A stretch of DNA of 64,000 nt from Candidatus Omnitrophota bacterium (GCA_043812955.1 JBDRLN010000066.1:64885-128884); one strand, 5' to 3'; shown: positions 17,983-28,061, counted from the stretch's first letter. Program-made: numbers and translations. Notes: generated by a model from the sequence alone, not told the origin.

Positions 17983-20121
17983 ATGAAAGAGATATTCGCT
18001 TTAGATATCGGCACGCGCAAGGTTATGGGCATTATTGCCCGTAAAAACGAAGACATGATAGAGGTATTGGATGTTGAGGTTATAGAGCATTCTGCTCGGC
18101 CGATGTTTGACGGGCAGATCCATAGTATTGATGAAGTAGCCAAGATTGTCAAGTTGATCCGGGAGAGGCTGGAGTTGCGCCTAAATAAAAAATTAACTCA
18201 GGTGGGGATTGCGGTTGCCGGAAGAAATCTAGTGACTTACAAAAGCAGGGTCGGTAAGGCTTTCGATTCTAAGCAGGAGATAACCCAAGACCTGGTAAGG
18301 GAGCTGGAGCTTGAGGCGGTGGATAATATCGTATCTGATTCGGGTAAAGATCTCTCGGAGTTCTATTGTGTAGGCTATAGCCCGGTTTATTATGAATTAG
18401 ATTCAAACCGAATCTCCAATCTTATCGGCCATATTGCCTTGTCAATAGCGGCTGAGGTAATAGTTACATTCCTGCCGCGGTTGGTATTAGACAGCATGTT
18501 CTCGGTTTTAAAGAAAGTCGGCCTTGAGGCGACCAATATAACTTTAGAGCCTATCTCGGCTATTAACGTGATAATCCCCGCGGAGATGCGTAATCTAAAT
18601 ATAGTCTTGGTAGATATCGGCGCGGGCACTTCGGATCTGGCCTTGACTAAAGCCGGGGTTATATTCGCTTACGGCATGGTCCCAGAAGCCGGAGATGAAG
18701 TAACTGAGAGGATCTCGGAAGTCCTCCTGGTGGATTTTGCCACAGCCGAAAAAATAAAGAGGTCATTAAATACTTTAAATGAAATTGAATATGAGGATAT
18801 TTGGGGCAGGCTGCGCCACACCCACTCCGTAAGTTTAAAACAGTTTTTAATGCCATCAGTAAAAAGATTGGCTGAATTGATCGCCAAGGCCGGCCTGGAA
18901 TTAAATGGGGGTATCCCCCAGGCAGTAGTAGCGGTAGGCGGAGGCAGCCTTACTTTTAATTTAATGGAAGAACTGGCTTCGAGCTTTGGCCTGCCCTTAG
19001 ATAAAGTAGGCATCCGTCTTCCTCAGGCGATAAAGAATATCCAGGATGCCCATAAGAAATTAACCGGCCCGGAAGCGGTTACGCCCATCGGTATTGCCCA
19101 GATGACCGCTAATATCCAGGGGTTGCGTTTTATTGAAGTTGAAGTTAATGGTAAAAAGAACAAGATACTGGATTTTTATCAAAAAAAGGACGTCATGGGG
19201 GCGATTGCTATTTCCGGAGTGCTTAATAATAAAAAGTTGTATGCCCGGCCAGGGATGGCCTTGACCGTTAAGGTTAACGGCGAATTAAAAATTATTAAAG
19301 GAACAATGGGCGAACCAGCCAGAATATTTTTAAATAGCAGGTTGGTTGCTTCTTTATCCGAAAAGATAAACGACGCCGACAAGATTGAATTTCAGGGGGC
19401 TGTGGATGGCCTTGATGGCACAGCAATGATCAGGGACCTGGTGCAGATAGAACCCCTTGCCGTTATCTTTAACCAGGAGATCCTACATATTGTTGCCCCT
19501 ATAATTATGGACGGCGTTGAGGTAAGCTTAGGCGTTGCGGTCTATGACCGGGCGGAAGTTTTCCACTCAATATTAAAGGTAAAGGATATTTTAAAATTTA
19601 AGGATATAAAATTAGAGGATTTATCCCAGAGGCAGGTCCTGGTAAATATCAACGGGACGCCGAAGATCTTAACCCAGAGGAATTTTACCCTCCTAGTAAA
19701 TAATAATATTGCGGATTTAGATACTGAAGTTAAAGAAAATGATACGCTGGAGTTTATCTACCAAACACCTACTTTCTATAGGATAAAAGATATAATCGAC
19801 TTGCCCGAAGGGCCTAAAAAATTAAATATCAATGTTGATGGTAAAGACTTGGAGATAGCTGTAGAGCCGGTGCAGGTCTTTATGAACGGCCACCAGGTCA
19901 GTCCTGAGGAGTTTGTAATCGATGGGGCTGACATCCGGGTCTACTCTTTAAGGGAGCGCCAGATTTTACTTTCTGAGATATTCCGCTATATTGACTTTGA
20001 CCCCCAGAGGGCGGTAGGCAAAAGGATGAAAATATTAGTTAATGACCAGCCTGCAGGGTTTACCACTCTTTTAAAAGAGGGCTCAAGGGTGAATATTATT
20101 TTGGAAGATAGGGAGGAATAA
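17983..20121 (+). CDS. FtsA/PilM-like actin-fold ATPase fused to ~4 tandem ThiS/MoaD-like beta-grasp repeats (712 aa)
   Basis: N-terminus ALDIGTRKV...VDIGAGTSDLAL...AEKIKRSL follows the FtsA/ASKHA phosphate-1/2/adenosine motifs. The C-terminal 350 aa contain repeated V(K/N)(V/I)NG...(D/N)xD(K/T)(I/L)E(F/I) units. Confidence 0.6.
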   Translation: MKEIFALDIGTRKVMGIIARKNEDMIEVLDVEVIEHSARPMFDGQIHSIDEVAKIVKLIRERLELRLNKKLTQVGIAVAGRNLVTYKSRVGKAFDSKQEITQDLVRELELEAVDNIVSDSGKDLSEFYCVGYSPVYYELDSNRISNLIGHIALSIAAEVIVTFLPRLVLDSMFSVLKKVGLEATNITLEPISAINVIIPAEMRNLNIVLVDIGAGTSDLALTKAGVIFAYGMVPEAGDEVTERISEVLLVDFATAEKIKRSLNTLNEIEYEDIWGRLRHTHSVSLKQFLMPSVKRLAELIAKAGLELNGGIPQAVVAVGGGSLTFNLMEELASSFGLPLDKVGIRLPQAIKNIQDAHKKLTGPEAVTPIGIAQMTANIQGLRFIEVEVNGKKNKILDFYQKKDVMGAIAISGVLNNKKLYARPGMALTVKVNGELKIIKGTMGEPARIFLNSRLVASLSEKINDADKIEFQGAVDGLDGTAMIRDLVQIEPLAVIFNQEILHIVAPIIMDGVEVSLGVAVYDRAEVFHSILKVKDILKFKDIKLEDLSQRQVLVNINGTPKILTQRNFTLLVNNNIADLDTEVKENDTLEFIYQTPTFYRIKDIIDLPEGPKKLNINVDGKDLEIAVEPVQVFMNGHQVSPEEFVIDGADIRVYSLRERQILLSEIFRYIDFDPQRAVGKRMKILVNDQPAGFTTLLKEGSRVNIILEDREE

Positions 20122-20240
20122 AATATACTCATACTCCGCTACGTAAGCGCTGCCGAAATTATCTGCGATAATTTTGGCGCACTTCGCGGAGTCTCACTAA
20201 ATGCGCCTATGGCGCTAAATTGTGTTCGAGGAGGTTAGAG

Positions 20241-20504
20241 ATGCAGATCCATAATTATATGGAGGATATTGTCAGGGACGCATTGGAAGAATTGCTTGCT
20301 CAAAAAGATAATATTTGCAAGTGCCAGAAGTGCAAGCTGGATATGATGGTCTGGGCCTTAAACCGTATGCTCCCTAAATACTCAGTATCGGATAAAGGGA
20401 GATTTTTTACTAAATTAGGAGAAGAAGAAATTCAATCCAAGGTTGATGTAGTCAGGGAGCTGACCAAGGCTATTACGAATATCAGTAAGAACCCGCGGCA
20501 TTAA
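20241..20504 (+). CDS. ComFB-family small protein (4-Cys; family reported as cyclic-dinucleotide receptors)
   Basis: HNYMEDIVRDALEELL...ICKCQKCKLDMMVWALNRMLPKY matches the ComFB signature. ATG at 20241 behind a GAGGAGGT RBS; the track's start at 20220 is less likely. Confidence 0.65.
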   Translation: MQIHNYMEDIVRDALEELLAQKDNICKCQKCKLDMMVWALNRMLPKYSVSDKGRFFTKLGEEEIQSKVDVVRELTKAITNISKNPRH

Positions 20505-20516
20505 ATTAAATATTTT

Positions 20517-21356
20517 ATGGAAGAAGAAAAATTCACCGGCAGTGGTAATATAAAAGAGCTTGACTTAAAGAATGTCATTGAATATATCCGTACCAAAAGA
20601 GGCGTTGATCTATTGAATTCCTACCGGAGTACTTTTGTATTTCGCCGTCTGCGTATCCGGATGCGGGAAGTCAAGGCGTTAAATTATGCCGAATATACCG
20701 ATATAATTGAGAAAGACCCTAAAGAATTCAATAAGTTTTTGGATGTGTTATCGATTAATGTCACCGAATTTTTTCGCGATAAAGAGGTATTTGACGCCTT
20801 CAGGAATATTATCTTGCCCGGTATAATTAAGAATAAAGAAAGCAATAAAGAGAATATTATCCGGGTCTGGTCAGCAGGCTGCGCTTCAGGGCAAGAACCT
20901 TATTCACTGGCTATTATTTTAAAAGAGGCATTAGCGGATAAAAAAGATTTTTTAATCCGAATAACAGCCACAGATATAGATAGCTTGGCTTTAGAGAATG
21001 CCGATAAGGCAGAATATAACATCAGTGATTTTAAAGAGATAGATAATAAAATCCTTGAAAAATACTTTACCTTAGCTTATAATGGATGTTATAAGTTAAA
21101 TGACGAGATAAAGAATATGGTTTTATTCCGGCGGAATAACCTTATCAGCGAGCCGCCGTTGCATTTTATAGATGTGATATTCTGCCGGAATGTCCTGATT
21201 TATTTTAAACGTGAACAGCAGGACCTGATATTTCAAAAGTTTAACCAGGCGCTTAACCGGCAAGGATTCCTGGTGATCGGCAAGACTGAAATGATCTGGA
21301 GCAAGGATTTATTCGCTGCGGTAAATACCCGGCAGAAGATTTATCAGAAGTTATAA
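20517..21356 (+). CDS. cheR: Chemotaxis protein methyltransferase CheR
   Basis: SAM-binding VWSAGCASGQEPYSLAI plus the CheR N-domain. Confidence 0.9.
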   Translation: MEEEKFTGSGNIKELDLKNVIEYIRTKRGVDLLNSYRSTFVFRRLRIRMREVKALNYAEYTDIIEKDPKEFNKFLDVLSINVTEFFRDKEVFDAFRNIILPGIIKNKESNKENIIRVWSAGCASGQEPYSLAIILKEALADKKDFLIRITATDIDSLALENADKAEYNISDFKEIDNKILEKYFTLAYNGCYKLNDEIKNMVLFRRNNLISEPPLHFIDVIFCRNVLIYFKREQQDLIFQKFNQALNRQGFLVIGKTEMIWSKDLFAAVNTRQKIYQKL

Positions 21357-21391
21357 ATTTTAATGAATCTAACTAAAAGGAGGTAAGGGTT

Positions 21392-21763
21392 ATGGCAAAA
21401 GTATTAGTGGTAGATGACGCTTTATTTATGCGCAAGATGCTCTCGGATATCCTTAAAAAAGAAGGTATTGAGATTTGCGGAGAGGCGGAAAACGGAAAAG
21501 ACGCGATCGGAAAATACCAGCAGTTAAAACCCGATCTGGTAACTATGGATATAGTAATGCCGAAAGTAGAAGAGATCGACGGGATCGGCGCGGTCAAGGA
21601 GATTATCAAGATAGACCCTCAAGCCAAGATTATTATGGTCTCGGCTATGGGCCAGCATTCCTTGGTAGTTGAGGCGATCCAGGCCGGGGCAAAAGACTTT
21701 GTTACCAAGCCTTTTCAGCCCTCCCGGGTGGTGGAGGCGGTAAACCGGGTTCTGGGAGGATAG
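21392..21763 (+). CDS. cheY: Chemotaxis response regulator CheY (second copy, ~70% identical to the first)
   Basis: Receiver domain. Strong AAAGGAGGT RBS. Confidence 0.85.
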   Translation: MAKVLVVDDALFMRKMLSDILKKEGIEICGEAENGKDAIGKYQQLKPDLVTMDIVMPKVEEIDGIGAVKEIIKIDPQAKIIMVSAMGQHSLVVEAIQAGAKDFVTKPFQPSRVVEAVNRVLGG

Positions 21764-21770
21764 ATTCTTT

Positions 21771-22274
21771 ATGCAGGAAGAGATTATGGAAGATAAAATT
21801 ATAGAAGTTGAAATGGCCCAAATGGCCGTGGATAATGCCCCGGCAAGGTTAGTCACCCGGGGTTTAGGGTCTTGTTTAGGCATCACCATTTATGACCCGG
21901 TTAAAAAAATCGGCGGCATGGTCCACGCTATGCTTCCGGATATAGAAATAGCCAAGATTCGGACTAACCCGGCCCGTTTTGTTAATTCATCGATCAAGAA
22001 AATAGTTGAGGAGTTGGAAATAAGGGGTTGTTTAAGAAGGGGGTTGGTGGCTAAAGTGTTTGGCGGGGCGCATATGTTTAGTTTTATTGTTTCCGATGGA
22101 TCTTTGAATGTGGGTCTGAAAAATGTTGAAATGGCTGAATCCATTTTAAATGAAATGAAGATAAAGATTGCGGCCCAGGAGACCGGGGGGACATTTGGAA
22201 GGACTATTGAACTAAATTTGGATAACGGGAAGGTTTTGATTAAAACAGTCTCTTGGGGAGAAAAAGAGGTGTAA
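21771..22274 (+). CDS. cheD: Chemoreceptor glutamine deamidase CheD
   Basis: GLGSCLGITIYD...GGMVHAMLP, the CheD catalytic Cys/His region. Confidence 0.8.
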   Translation: MQEEIMEDKIIEVEMAQMAVDNAPARLVTRGLGSCLGITIYDPVKKIGGMVHAMLPDIEIAKIRTNPARFVNSSIKKIVEELEIRGCLRRGLVAKVFGGAHMFSFIVSDGSLNVGLKNVEMAESILNEMKIKIAAQETGGTFGRTIELNLDNGKVLIKTVSWGEKEV

Positions 22275-22297
22275 ATCAAAAAGAGGTGTAAATCGTA

Positions 22298-23332
22298 ATG
22301 GAAGAAAAGATTCGCGTATTAGTGGTTGATGATTCTTTTTTAATGCGCCGGGTTATATCGGACATGATAAATAATAGCCCGGGTTTTGAAGTCGTTGGCA
22401 AGGCTAAAGACGGTAAAGAGGCATTAGTTAAAGTGTATTCATTAAAGCCCGATATTGTAACCCTGGATATAAATATACCCTTGATGGACGGCCTCTGCGT
22501 ACTGGAAGAAATAATGAGGAAACAGCCCACTCGGGTTATTATGGTTTCAGCTTATACCCGCGCGGGTACCAGCGCGACCATCAAGGCCCTGGAGTTGGGG
22601 GCTATAGATTTCATAGCTAAGCCGTCAGGAGAAATATCCCTGGATTTAAATAAGCTCGAGCAAGAAATAATTTCTAAATTAAAGATGGCTTCCCGGGTTG
22701 ACTTGGATAAGTTTAGCGCTTTGGCTAAGCCGGTTAAGAAGCCAGGGGCCGTTATTAAGAAGATAGTGGTTATCGGAGCATCTACCGGCGGGCCAAAAGC
22801 GGTTTTAGATATAATGCAGTATATCCCTGTGGAAAACAATGCGGCATTTATTATAGTGCAGCATATGCCTAAGGGTTTTACCTTAAGTTTTGCCGAAAGG
22901 ATATCCTGGCAGACCGGGATCAAGACTAAAGAGGCTGAAGAAGGGGATGAGATTATGTCAGGTAAAGTCTATGTAGCCCCGGCGGGTTTCCACTTAGTTT
23001 TGGAAAAGGGCTATTCCGGCGTAAAGGTTAAATTCACCGAAGATCCTTTGGTAAATTTTGTCCGGCCTTCAATTGATGTAACTATGACTTCTGTAGCGGG
23101 TATATTCGGTAAAGATGTAATAGGGGTAATTTTGACTGGTATGGGTAAAGATGGAATGGAAGGGGCAAGGAGTATAAAGTCTAAGGGGGGCTATGTTGTT
23201 GTCCAGGATGAAAAGACTTCAGTTATCTGGGGGATGCCTAAGGCGGTTCATGATGCAGGCCTAGCGGATAAGGTTTTGCCGTTATCCCAGATCCCCAAGA
23301 TGATTATGGAGCGCATCGAGAGAGAGGAATAA
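22298..23332 (+). CDS. cheB: Chemotaxis response regulator protein-glutamate methylesterase CheB
   Basis: Receiver domain plus methylesterase domain (GASTGGPKAV; catalytic S/H/D context). Confidence 0.9.
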   Translation: MEEKIRVLVVDDSFLMRRVISDMINNSPGFEVVGKAKDGKEALVKVYSLKPDIVTLDINIPLMDGLCVLEEIMRKQPTRVIMVSAYTRAGTSATIKALELGAIDFIAKPSGEISLDLNKLEQEIISKLKMASRVDLDKFSALAKPVKKPGAVIKKIVVIGASTGGPKAVLDIMQYIPVENNAAFIIVQHMPKGFTLSFAERISWQTGIKTKEAEEGDEIMSGKVYVAPAGFHLVLEKGYSGVKVKFTEDPLVNFVRPSIDVTMTSVAGIFGKDVIGVILTGMGKDGMEGARSIKSKGGYVVVQDEKTSVIWGMPKAVHDAGLADKVLPLSQIPKMIMERIEREE

Positions 23333-23336
23333 ATAT

Positions 23337-23945
23337 ATGTATTCCAGGTTGAATTTGATCCAGATGGATGTATTAAAGGAGTTGAGCTCGATCGGTTCAG
23401 CTAACGCCGCTACCGCTCTTTCTTCGTTGGTTTCCAGTAGAGTTGAAATTACAGTGCCTCAGGTGAATCTGGTGCCTTTGGAGAATATATCCAGTTTGTT
23501 CGGGGGTATGGATAAGTTACTTTTTGTGCTGGATACGGAGTTAAAAGGCGATATATCGGGGAGGATATTTATATTCCTGTCTCTTGAAGACGCCAAGGGC
23601 CTGGGGGGGATGCTTCTGGGAAAATCTCCGGAAGAAGTGGATATCAGAGATGAGATGTTCCTTTCCTCGCTTAAAGAATCCGCCAATATACTGGGGGGTT
23701 CTTATATATCAGCCCTGGCTGAGATGACCAACATGCTCATACTTAACTCAACGCCTTCTTTAGCTATTGATATGGTGGGGGCGGTATTGGATTTTATCTT
23801 TATTAAGATCGCCCAATATTCCGAAGAGGTGCTTTTTATCAGGAATTCACTTCAGGTTCACGGCAAGAACCTGAACAGTTTAATAATGTTATTCCCGGAC
23901 AATGAATCACTTATCAAAATTTTTGAGACATTAAATGTAAAATAA
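23337..23945 (+). CDS. cheC: CheC/CheX-family phosphatase (second copy)
   Basis: ELSSIGSANAATALS and ESANILGGSYISALA motifs. Confidence 0.7.
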   Translation: MYSRLNLIQMDVLKELSSIGSANAATALSSLVSSRVEITVPQVNLVPLENISSLFGGMDKLLFVLDTELKGDISGRIFIFLSLEDAKGLGGMLLGKSPEEVDIRDEMFLSSLKESANILGGSYISALAEMTNMLILNSTPSLAIDMVGAVLDFIFIKIAQYSEEVLFIRNSLQVHGKNLNSLIMLFPDNESLIKIFETLNVK

Positions 23946-24051
23946 AGGAGCGCGTTCATATCCCGACTGCGTCGGGATCTCACTAAATGCCCGCCTGAGA
24001 GTGAGGCAGGCGCCAAAAAGCAGCGCAAAATTGTGTTCGAGGAGGTATAAG

Positions 24052-24552
24052 ATGGCTACGGAGAAATCCAAGGAATTTCAATTAGTTGTTTTTACTCTTG
24101 GCGATGAAGAATTTGGAGTGGACATTGCTCAGGTGAGGGAGATCGTAAGGCTGGTCCAGATCACCTATCTGCCTAAAGCCCCTTCTTTTATCGAGGGCGT
24201 GGTAAACTTAAGAGGGCAGGTCTTGGCGGTTATTGACCTTTCTAAAAGGTTAAACATCCCTTCTAAGACCCGGGGAGAACAATCCAGAATCATAGTGGTA
24301 GAGGTAAGCGATAATACTGTTGGTATGATCGTAGATTCTGTCTCTGAGGTATTACGTTTGTCTTCGGATAATGTAGAGGGGGTTCCTAGTTTAGTTGAGA
24401 CTGAGGTGGCGGAACACTATATACGGGGAGTGGGAAAATTAAAAGACAGGCTTTTGGTCCTTTTGGATTTGAACCGGGTCTTGAGCCAGGAAGAAGTCCA
24501 GCATGTGGATCAACATGTAAAAGTGGCCGTAAATAGCATAAAGCCTGAATAA
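24052..24552 (+). CDS. cheW: Chemotaxis coupling protein CheW
   Basis: Single CheW domain (FGVDIAQVREI...IEGVVNLRG). ATG at 24052 behind a GAGGAGGT RBS. The track's upstream extension covers the conserved leader. Confidence 0.85.
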   Translation: MATEKSKEFQLVVFTLGDEEFGVDIAQVREIVRLVQITYLPKAPSFIEGVVNLRGQVLAVIDLSKRLNIPSKTRGEQSRIIVVEVSDNTVGMIVDSVSEVLRLSSDNVEGVPSLVETEVAEHYIRGVGKLKDRLLVLLDLNRVLSQEEVQHVDQHVKVAVNSIKPE

Positions 24553-24652
24553 CTCTGTTATTTTATAGGGGATAATGATAATTAAGGGAAAGTTGTATAA
24601 TAATGATTAAATAGATTTATTAGTATTTTAGTGCTTTAGTACTAAGGAGGTC

Positions 24653-26314
24653 ATGATGAGATTAAATATACGGGTCAAGACTATTGGTCTATTTGTAGTT
24701 TTGTTTACGTTGGGCGTTTTATCCCTGACATTTTTTTCGGTTTTTCAGGTCAATAAGGGTTTTAAGAATGAGTTGAATATTAAAGCAGAGGTTATTGCCA
24801 AGAGTTTGAATTCAGCCTTAAACCAGCCTCTTTCTCTGGGCATGACCGCTACTATCAAATATCTACTTAATTCCGCCAAGGAGACCTCCGATGATTTGAT
24901 CTATGCCCACGTAATTGATGTTTCTGGATTATGTGTTGCCAGTACTGATAAAAGCCTTCCCGGTAAGGTGCTTAAAGAAAATCCATTTGAAAAGGCTGCC
25001 TTGGAAGTTAATGGGTTTAGCAGTGTAACTGTGCCAGACAAAATAAATCTCTTTGAGGTAAGGATACCGATCATATCCGAGGATATCGGTAAATTGGGTA
25101 TTTTGCGTATAGGTATGACTACTTCTATTATGAATAAGCTAATCTCTCAGATGACCAAGGTGATCATATTAATAGGTATAATTATACTTATAATAGGTGG
25201 GGTGATATTTAACTTTATTATAACCGGCGGAATAATAAAGCCTCTTAAGCAGGTAGTATTAATCTTAAAGACCATGGTAACTGGAGGGGGAGATCTGACC
25301 CAGCGTATAGTAGTTCAGACCAATGATGAAATCGAGGATATGGCTACCTTGTTCAATACTTATATAGAAACGCTGCATAATATGGTAGCCAAGATCAGGC
25401 TTACCGCGGGAAGCGTATCCGGTACAGCTGAACAGATGTCGTCTTCTACGCAGGAGATGAATGCTTCTACTCAGGAAGTCTCTAACGCGATAAATCAGGT
25501 TAGTAGGGGCGCGACTACTCAGGCCGGCAGGATCGAAGAAACTTTTGAAATCATGGAGAGATCAGCGATCAGCCTTAAACAGGTAGTTGCAAATGCCCAG
25601 AATACCAGTCAGGCTATCGGTCAAACTAGTGCTAAGGCTGAAAATGGCCGTATTGTAGCCCAGGAGGCAGTGGAGAAGATAGAGCGTTTAACCAATACCG
25701 TGGTTGAAACTACTAAGGTTATTCAGGACCTGGGCCAGATGTCTCAGCAGATAGGCGAGATTACCGAGACCATAACTTCTATAGCTGACCAGACTAATCT
25801 TTTGGCCCTTAACGCCGCTATTGAAGCTGCCCGCGCCGGTGAAGCTGGCAGGGGCTTTGCGGTTGTTGCCGAAGAGGTACGTAAACTTGCCGAAGGTTCA
25901 GCTGAGGCGGTAAGAAAGATAGGTGGCCTGATCAAGGCTATCCAGAGCGAGGCTAATAGGGCGGTAAACGCTATCGAAATTAGCTCTAAGGAGGTTCTGG
26001 AGGGTAAGGTTCAGATAATTAAAATCTCAGAAGTTTTATTCGAGATTAATAAATCGACCAAGGAAGCTAATAACCTAGCTAATCAGATCGCTTCAGCCGG
26101 CCAGGACCGCGTAGTAGAGATGGAGGGGGTGATTAAAACCTTTAATGAAGTAGCTAATATTGCCAAGGAATCAGCTACTACCGCTCAGGAAGTATCTTCA
26201 ACCACCGAAGAACAGACTGCTTCAATGGAAGAGATGTCTGCTTCTTCCCAGGAATTAGCCCGTCTGGCAGTGGATTTAAAAGAATTAGTAGGTAAGTTTA
26301 AATTGAAGGAATAA
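24653..26314 (+). CDS. Methyl-accepting chemotaxis protein (two TM helices, HAMP, MCP signalling domain)
   Basis: Highly conserved signalling hairpin [38 protein letters not shown]. Confidence 0.9.
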   Translation: MMRLNIRVKTIGLFVVLFTLGVLSLTFFSVFQVNKGFKNELNIKAEVIAKSLNSALNQPLSLGMTATIKYLLNSAKETSDDLIYAHVIDVSGLCVASTDKSLPGKVLKENPFEKAALEVNGFSSVTVPDKINLFEVRIPIISEDIGKLGILRIGMTTSIMNKLISQMTKVIILIGIIILIIGGVIFNFIITGGIIKPLKQVVLILKTMVTGGGDLTQRIVVQTNDEIEDMATLFNTYIETLHNMVAKIRLTAGSVSGTAEQMSSSTQEMNASTQEVSNAINQVSRGATTQAGRIEETFEIMERSAISLKQVVANAQNTSQAIGQTSAKAENGRIVAQEAVEKIERLTNTVVETTKVIQDLGQMSQQIGEITETITSIADQTNLLALNAAIEAARAGEAGRGFAVVAEEVRKLAEGSAEAVRKIGGLIKAIQSEANRAVNAIEISSKEVLEGKVQIIKISEVLFEINKSTKEANNLANQIASAGQDRVVEMEGVIKTFNEVANIAKESATTAQEVSSTTEEQTASMEEMSASSQELARLAVDLKELVGKFKLKE

Positions 26315-26319
26315 TAAGA

Positions 26320-27279
26320 TTAGTCTTTACGCCTATCTTTTACAAATGCACTTCCCCCTAAGGTTTTAGCGTAGGATTTTAGTTCTGTAGCAATCTGGAT
26401 TACTTCGCCGATGTGCGAGAATTTCGATTGTTCATTAGTGGCGATACCAATAGAAACGCTTAAAAGAGGGATTCGACAAAAATCTCCCCTTCTATTTTTA
26501 GCGATAATATATCCTTTTTCTTTGTCCTCTTCGTTGTAAAAAGAGCCAATAGTCTTGTCAAATTCATCTACAATATCCTGGGATATTTTTTCAATCAGCT
26601 CAGGTACGCAGATGAATACAAAATCATCGCCTCCGATATGGCCCAAAAAGTCCGTTGGCTTACCTATTTTCTCTAAGACATTCATTATGATCGATGCGGT
26701 ATGGTTAATGATCTGGTCGCCTTTATCAAAGCCGTAGCAATCATTAAACTCTTTGAATTTATTTAAGTCTAGGTATCCTATAGCTAACGGTGCGTTAGTT
26801 TTTATTCTCAATTCCAATTCTTTGAGTAGGGAGACATTCCCGGGCAGCTTAGTTAAAGCGTTTGCTTCTAAATCGCGGCCCAGGCGAACGAGTGAGGCCT
26901 TGATTCTTACCAGAAGTTCTCCGGCATCAATCGGGATTTCAATGTAATCGTCCGCTCCGGAGTAGATGCCTTTTATTTTATCCAGGGGATTTCTTTGGTC
27001 CATTACCAGAATGACAGAGATATGCCGGAATCGGAAATTACCGCGTATAAGTTTGCAGATTTCAATGCCGTTAATATAAGGGGCCTGAAAATCCGAGATT
27101 ATTAAATTGAATTGTTCCTTTTTAAGTAAGTCTAAGGCATCGGTCTGGGTGAGACAAATTTTTACATTATAGTTTTCTCCAGTCAAAAGCGCCAAGATGA
27201 ATTCCCGAACCTCGTCATCGTGGATTACGATCAAGATGTTGTTTTGGCCTGGCGTGTAGTTGCCGTTAATAAGGTCCAT
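26320..27279 (-). CDS. Receiver + GGDEF-family domain protein, paralog of 13681-14619, active-site motif GGDDF
   Basis: Same architecture and landmarks (LTKLPG, GFDKGD, IGIATN). Motif reads HIGGDDFVF, with Asp in place of the catalytic Glu. Confidence 0.7.
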   Translation of the reverse strand: MDLINGNYTPGQNNILIVIHDDEVREFILALLTGENYNVKICLTQTDALDLLKKEQFNLIISDFQAPYINGIEICKLIRGNFRFRHISVILVMDQRNPLDKIKGIYSGADDYIEIPIDAGELLVRIKASLVRLGRDLEANALTKLPGNVSLLKELELRIKTNAPLAIGYLDLNKFKEFNDCYGFDKGDQIINHTASIIMNVLEKIGKPTDFLGHIGGDDFVFICVPELIEKISQDIVDEFDKTIGSFYNEEDKEKGYIIAKNRRGDFCRIPLLSVSIGIATNEQSKFSHIGEVIQIATELKSYAKTLGGSAFVKDRRKD

Positions 27280-27283
27280 CTTC

Positions 27284-27907
27284 TTATTTTAAGGATTCTA
27301 GCAATTTCTTGCAGCCATCCTGAATAAATTTAACTGATTCTGGGGTTAAGGCAAGATAGAATGAACCGTTTAAGGTATGTTCTTGTTCTTCAAAAATCGC
27401 CTCGATCAAAAGTACATACTCGGTTTTATTATCAGGGTTAAAGAGCATATTCAAGATTTGTTGAGCCGGGCCACTGATCATAGTGGGTATTGATGGGATA
27501 ATAATCATTCGCAGCATCATGCTTAATGCCCCTAAATAGGAGGATATGACTACATTGCCCACCTCTTTAATTAAGGATAGGCCCATTTCGGTTTGCCGGC
27601 CGCTTTTTTTACCATCTTCTATCAAATAGCATATGTCAATGAGTTTAAACGCGCTCTTCTCATCCATTAAAAAAAGAATGTTACCTTTGATTCCGGTTAA
27701 GATATCGCAGGATACGCTTATAACGATCTGGTCAATCAGCAGTTTATTCAAAACCATTCCTCCGGGTAAGAACTCTAGGGATGGGAGCGTAAGGCCGATC
27801 TTCTTGCCCAACATTTGTGAAAGCGCAATACTCCCCTGCCCGGCTGATATGCTGCCAACTTCTCTTAAAATATCCATTTCATCTTGCATATTTATCTCCT
27901 CTAGCAC
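27284..27907 (-). CDS. CheC/CheX-family phosphatase (third copy), co-directional with and 4 nt upstream of the GGDDF gene
   Basis: [16 protein letters not shown] and [16 protein letters not shown] motifs. Confidence 0.7.
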   Translation of the reverse strand: MLEEINMQDEMDILREVGSISAGQGSIALSQMLGKKIGLTLPSLEFLPGGMVLNKLLIDQIVISVSCDILTGIKGNILFLMDEKSAFKLIDICYLIEDGKKSGRQTEMGLSLIKEVGNVVISSYLGALSMMLRMIIIPSIPTMISGPAQQILNMLFNPDNKTEYVLLIEAIFEEQEHTLNGSFYLALTPESVKFIQDGCKKLLESLK

Positions 27908-28061
27908 AAATATGTACCCTTAGGTGTATCGTTAAGTGCATATTGCGAAGCCCTGACCTTTTAGATATTTACTTAATATAGCTTTCCCAAAAGGGCGCAG
28001 TAAGCCCTATATTTGTATACCTATTTTATAGTATAATATCATAATTTATTGTAAGGTCAAT

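Noticed and set aside
20185-20240. Sigma-28 (FliA) promoter reading of TCTCACTAAATGC...TAAATTGTG
   Set aside because: The spacing between the two blocks differs by more than 20 nt between the two copies. That is incompatible with a fixed-spacing promoter.
21475-21672. 65-aa Arg/Gly-rich ORF
   Set aside because: Alternative frame within cheY2; a composition artefact.
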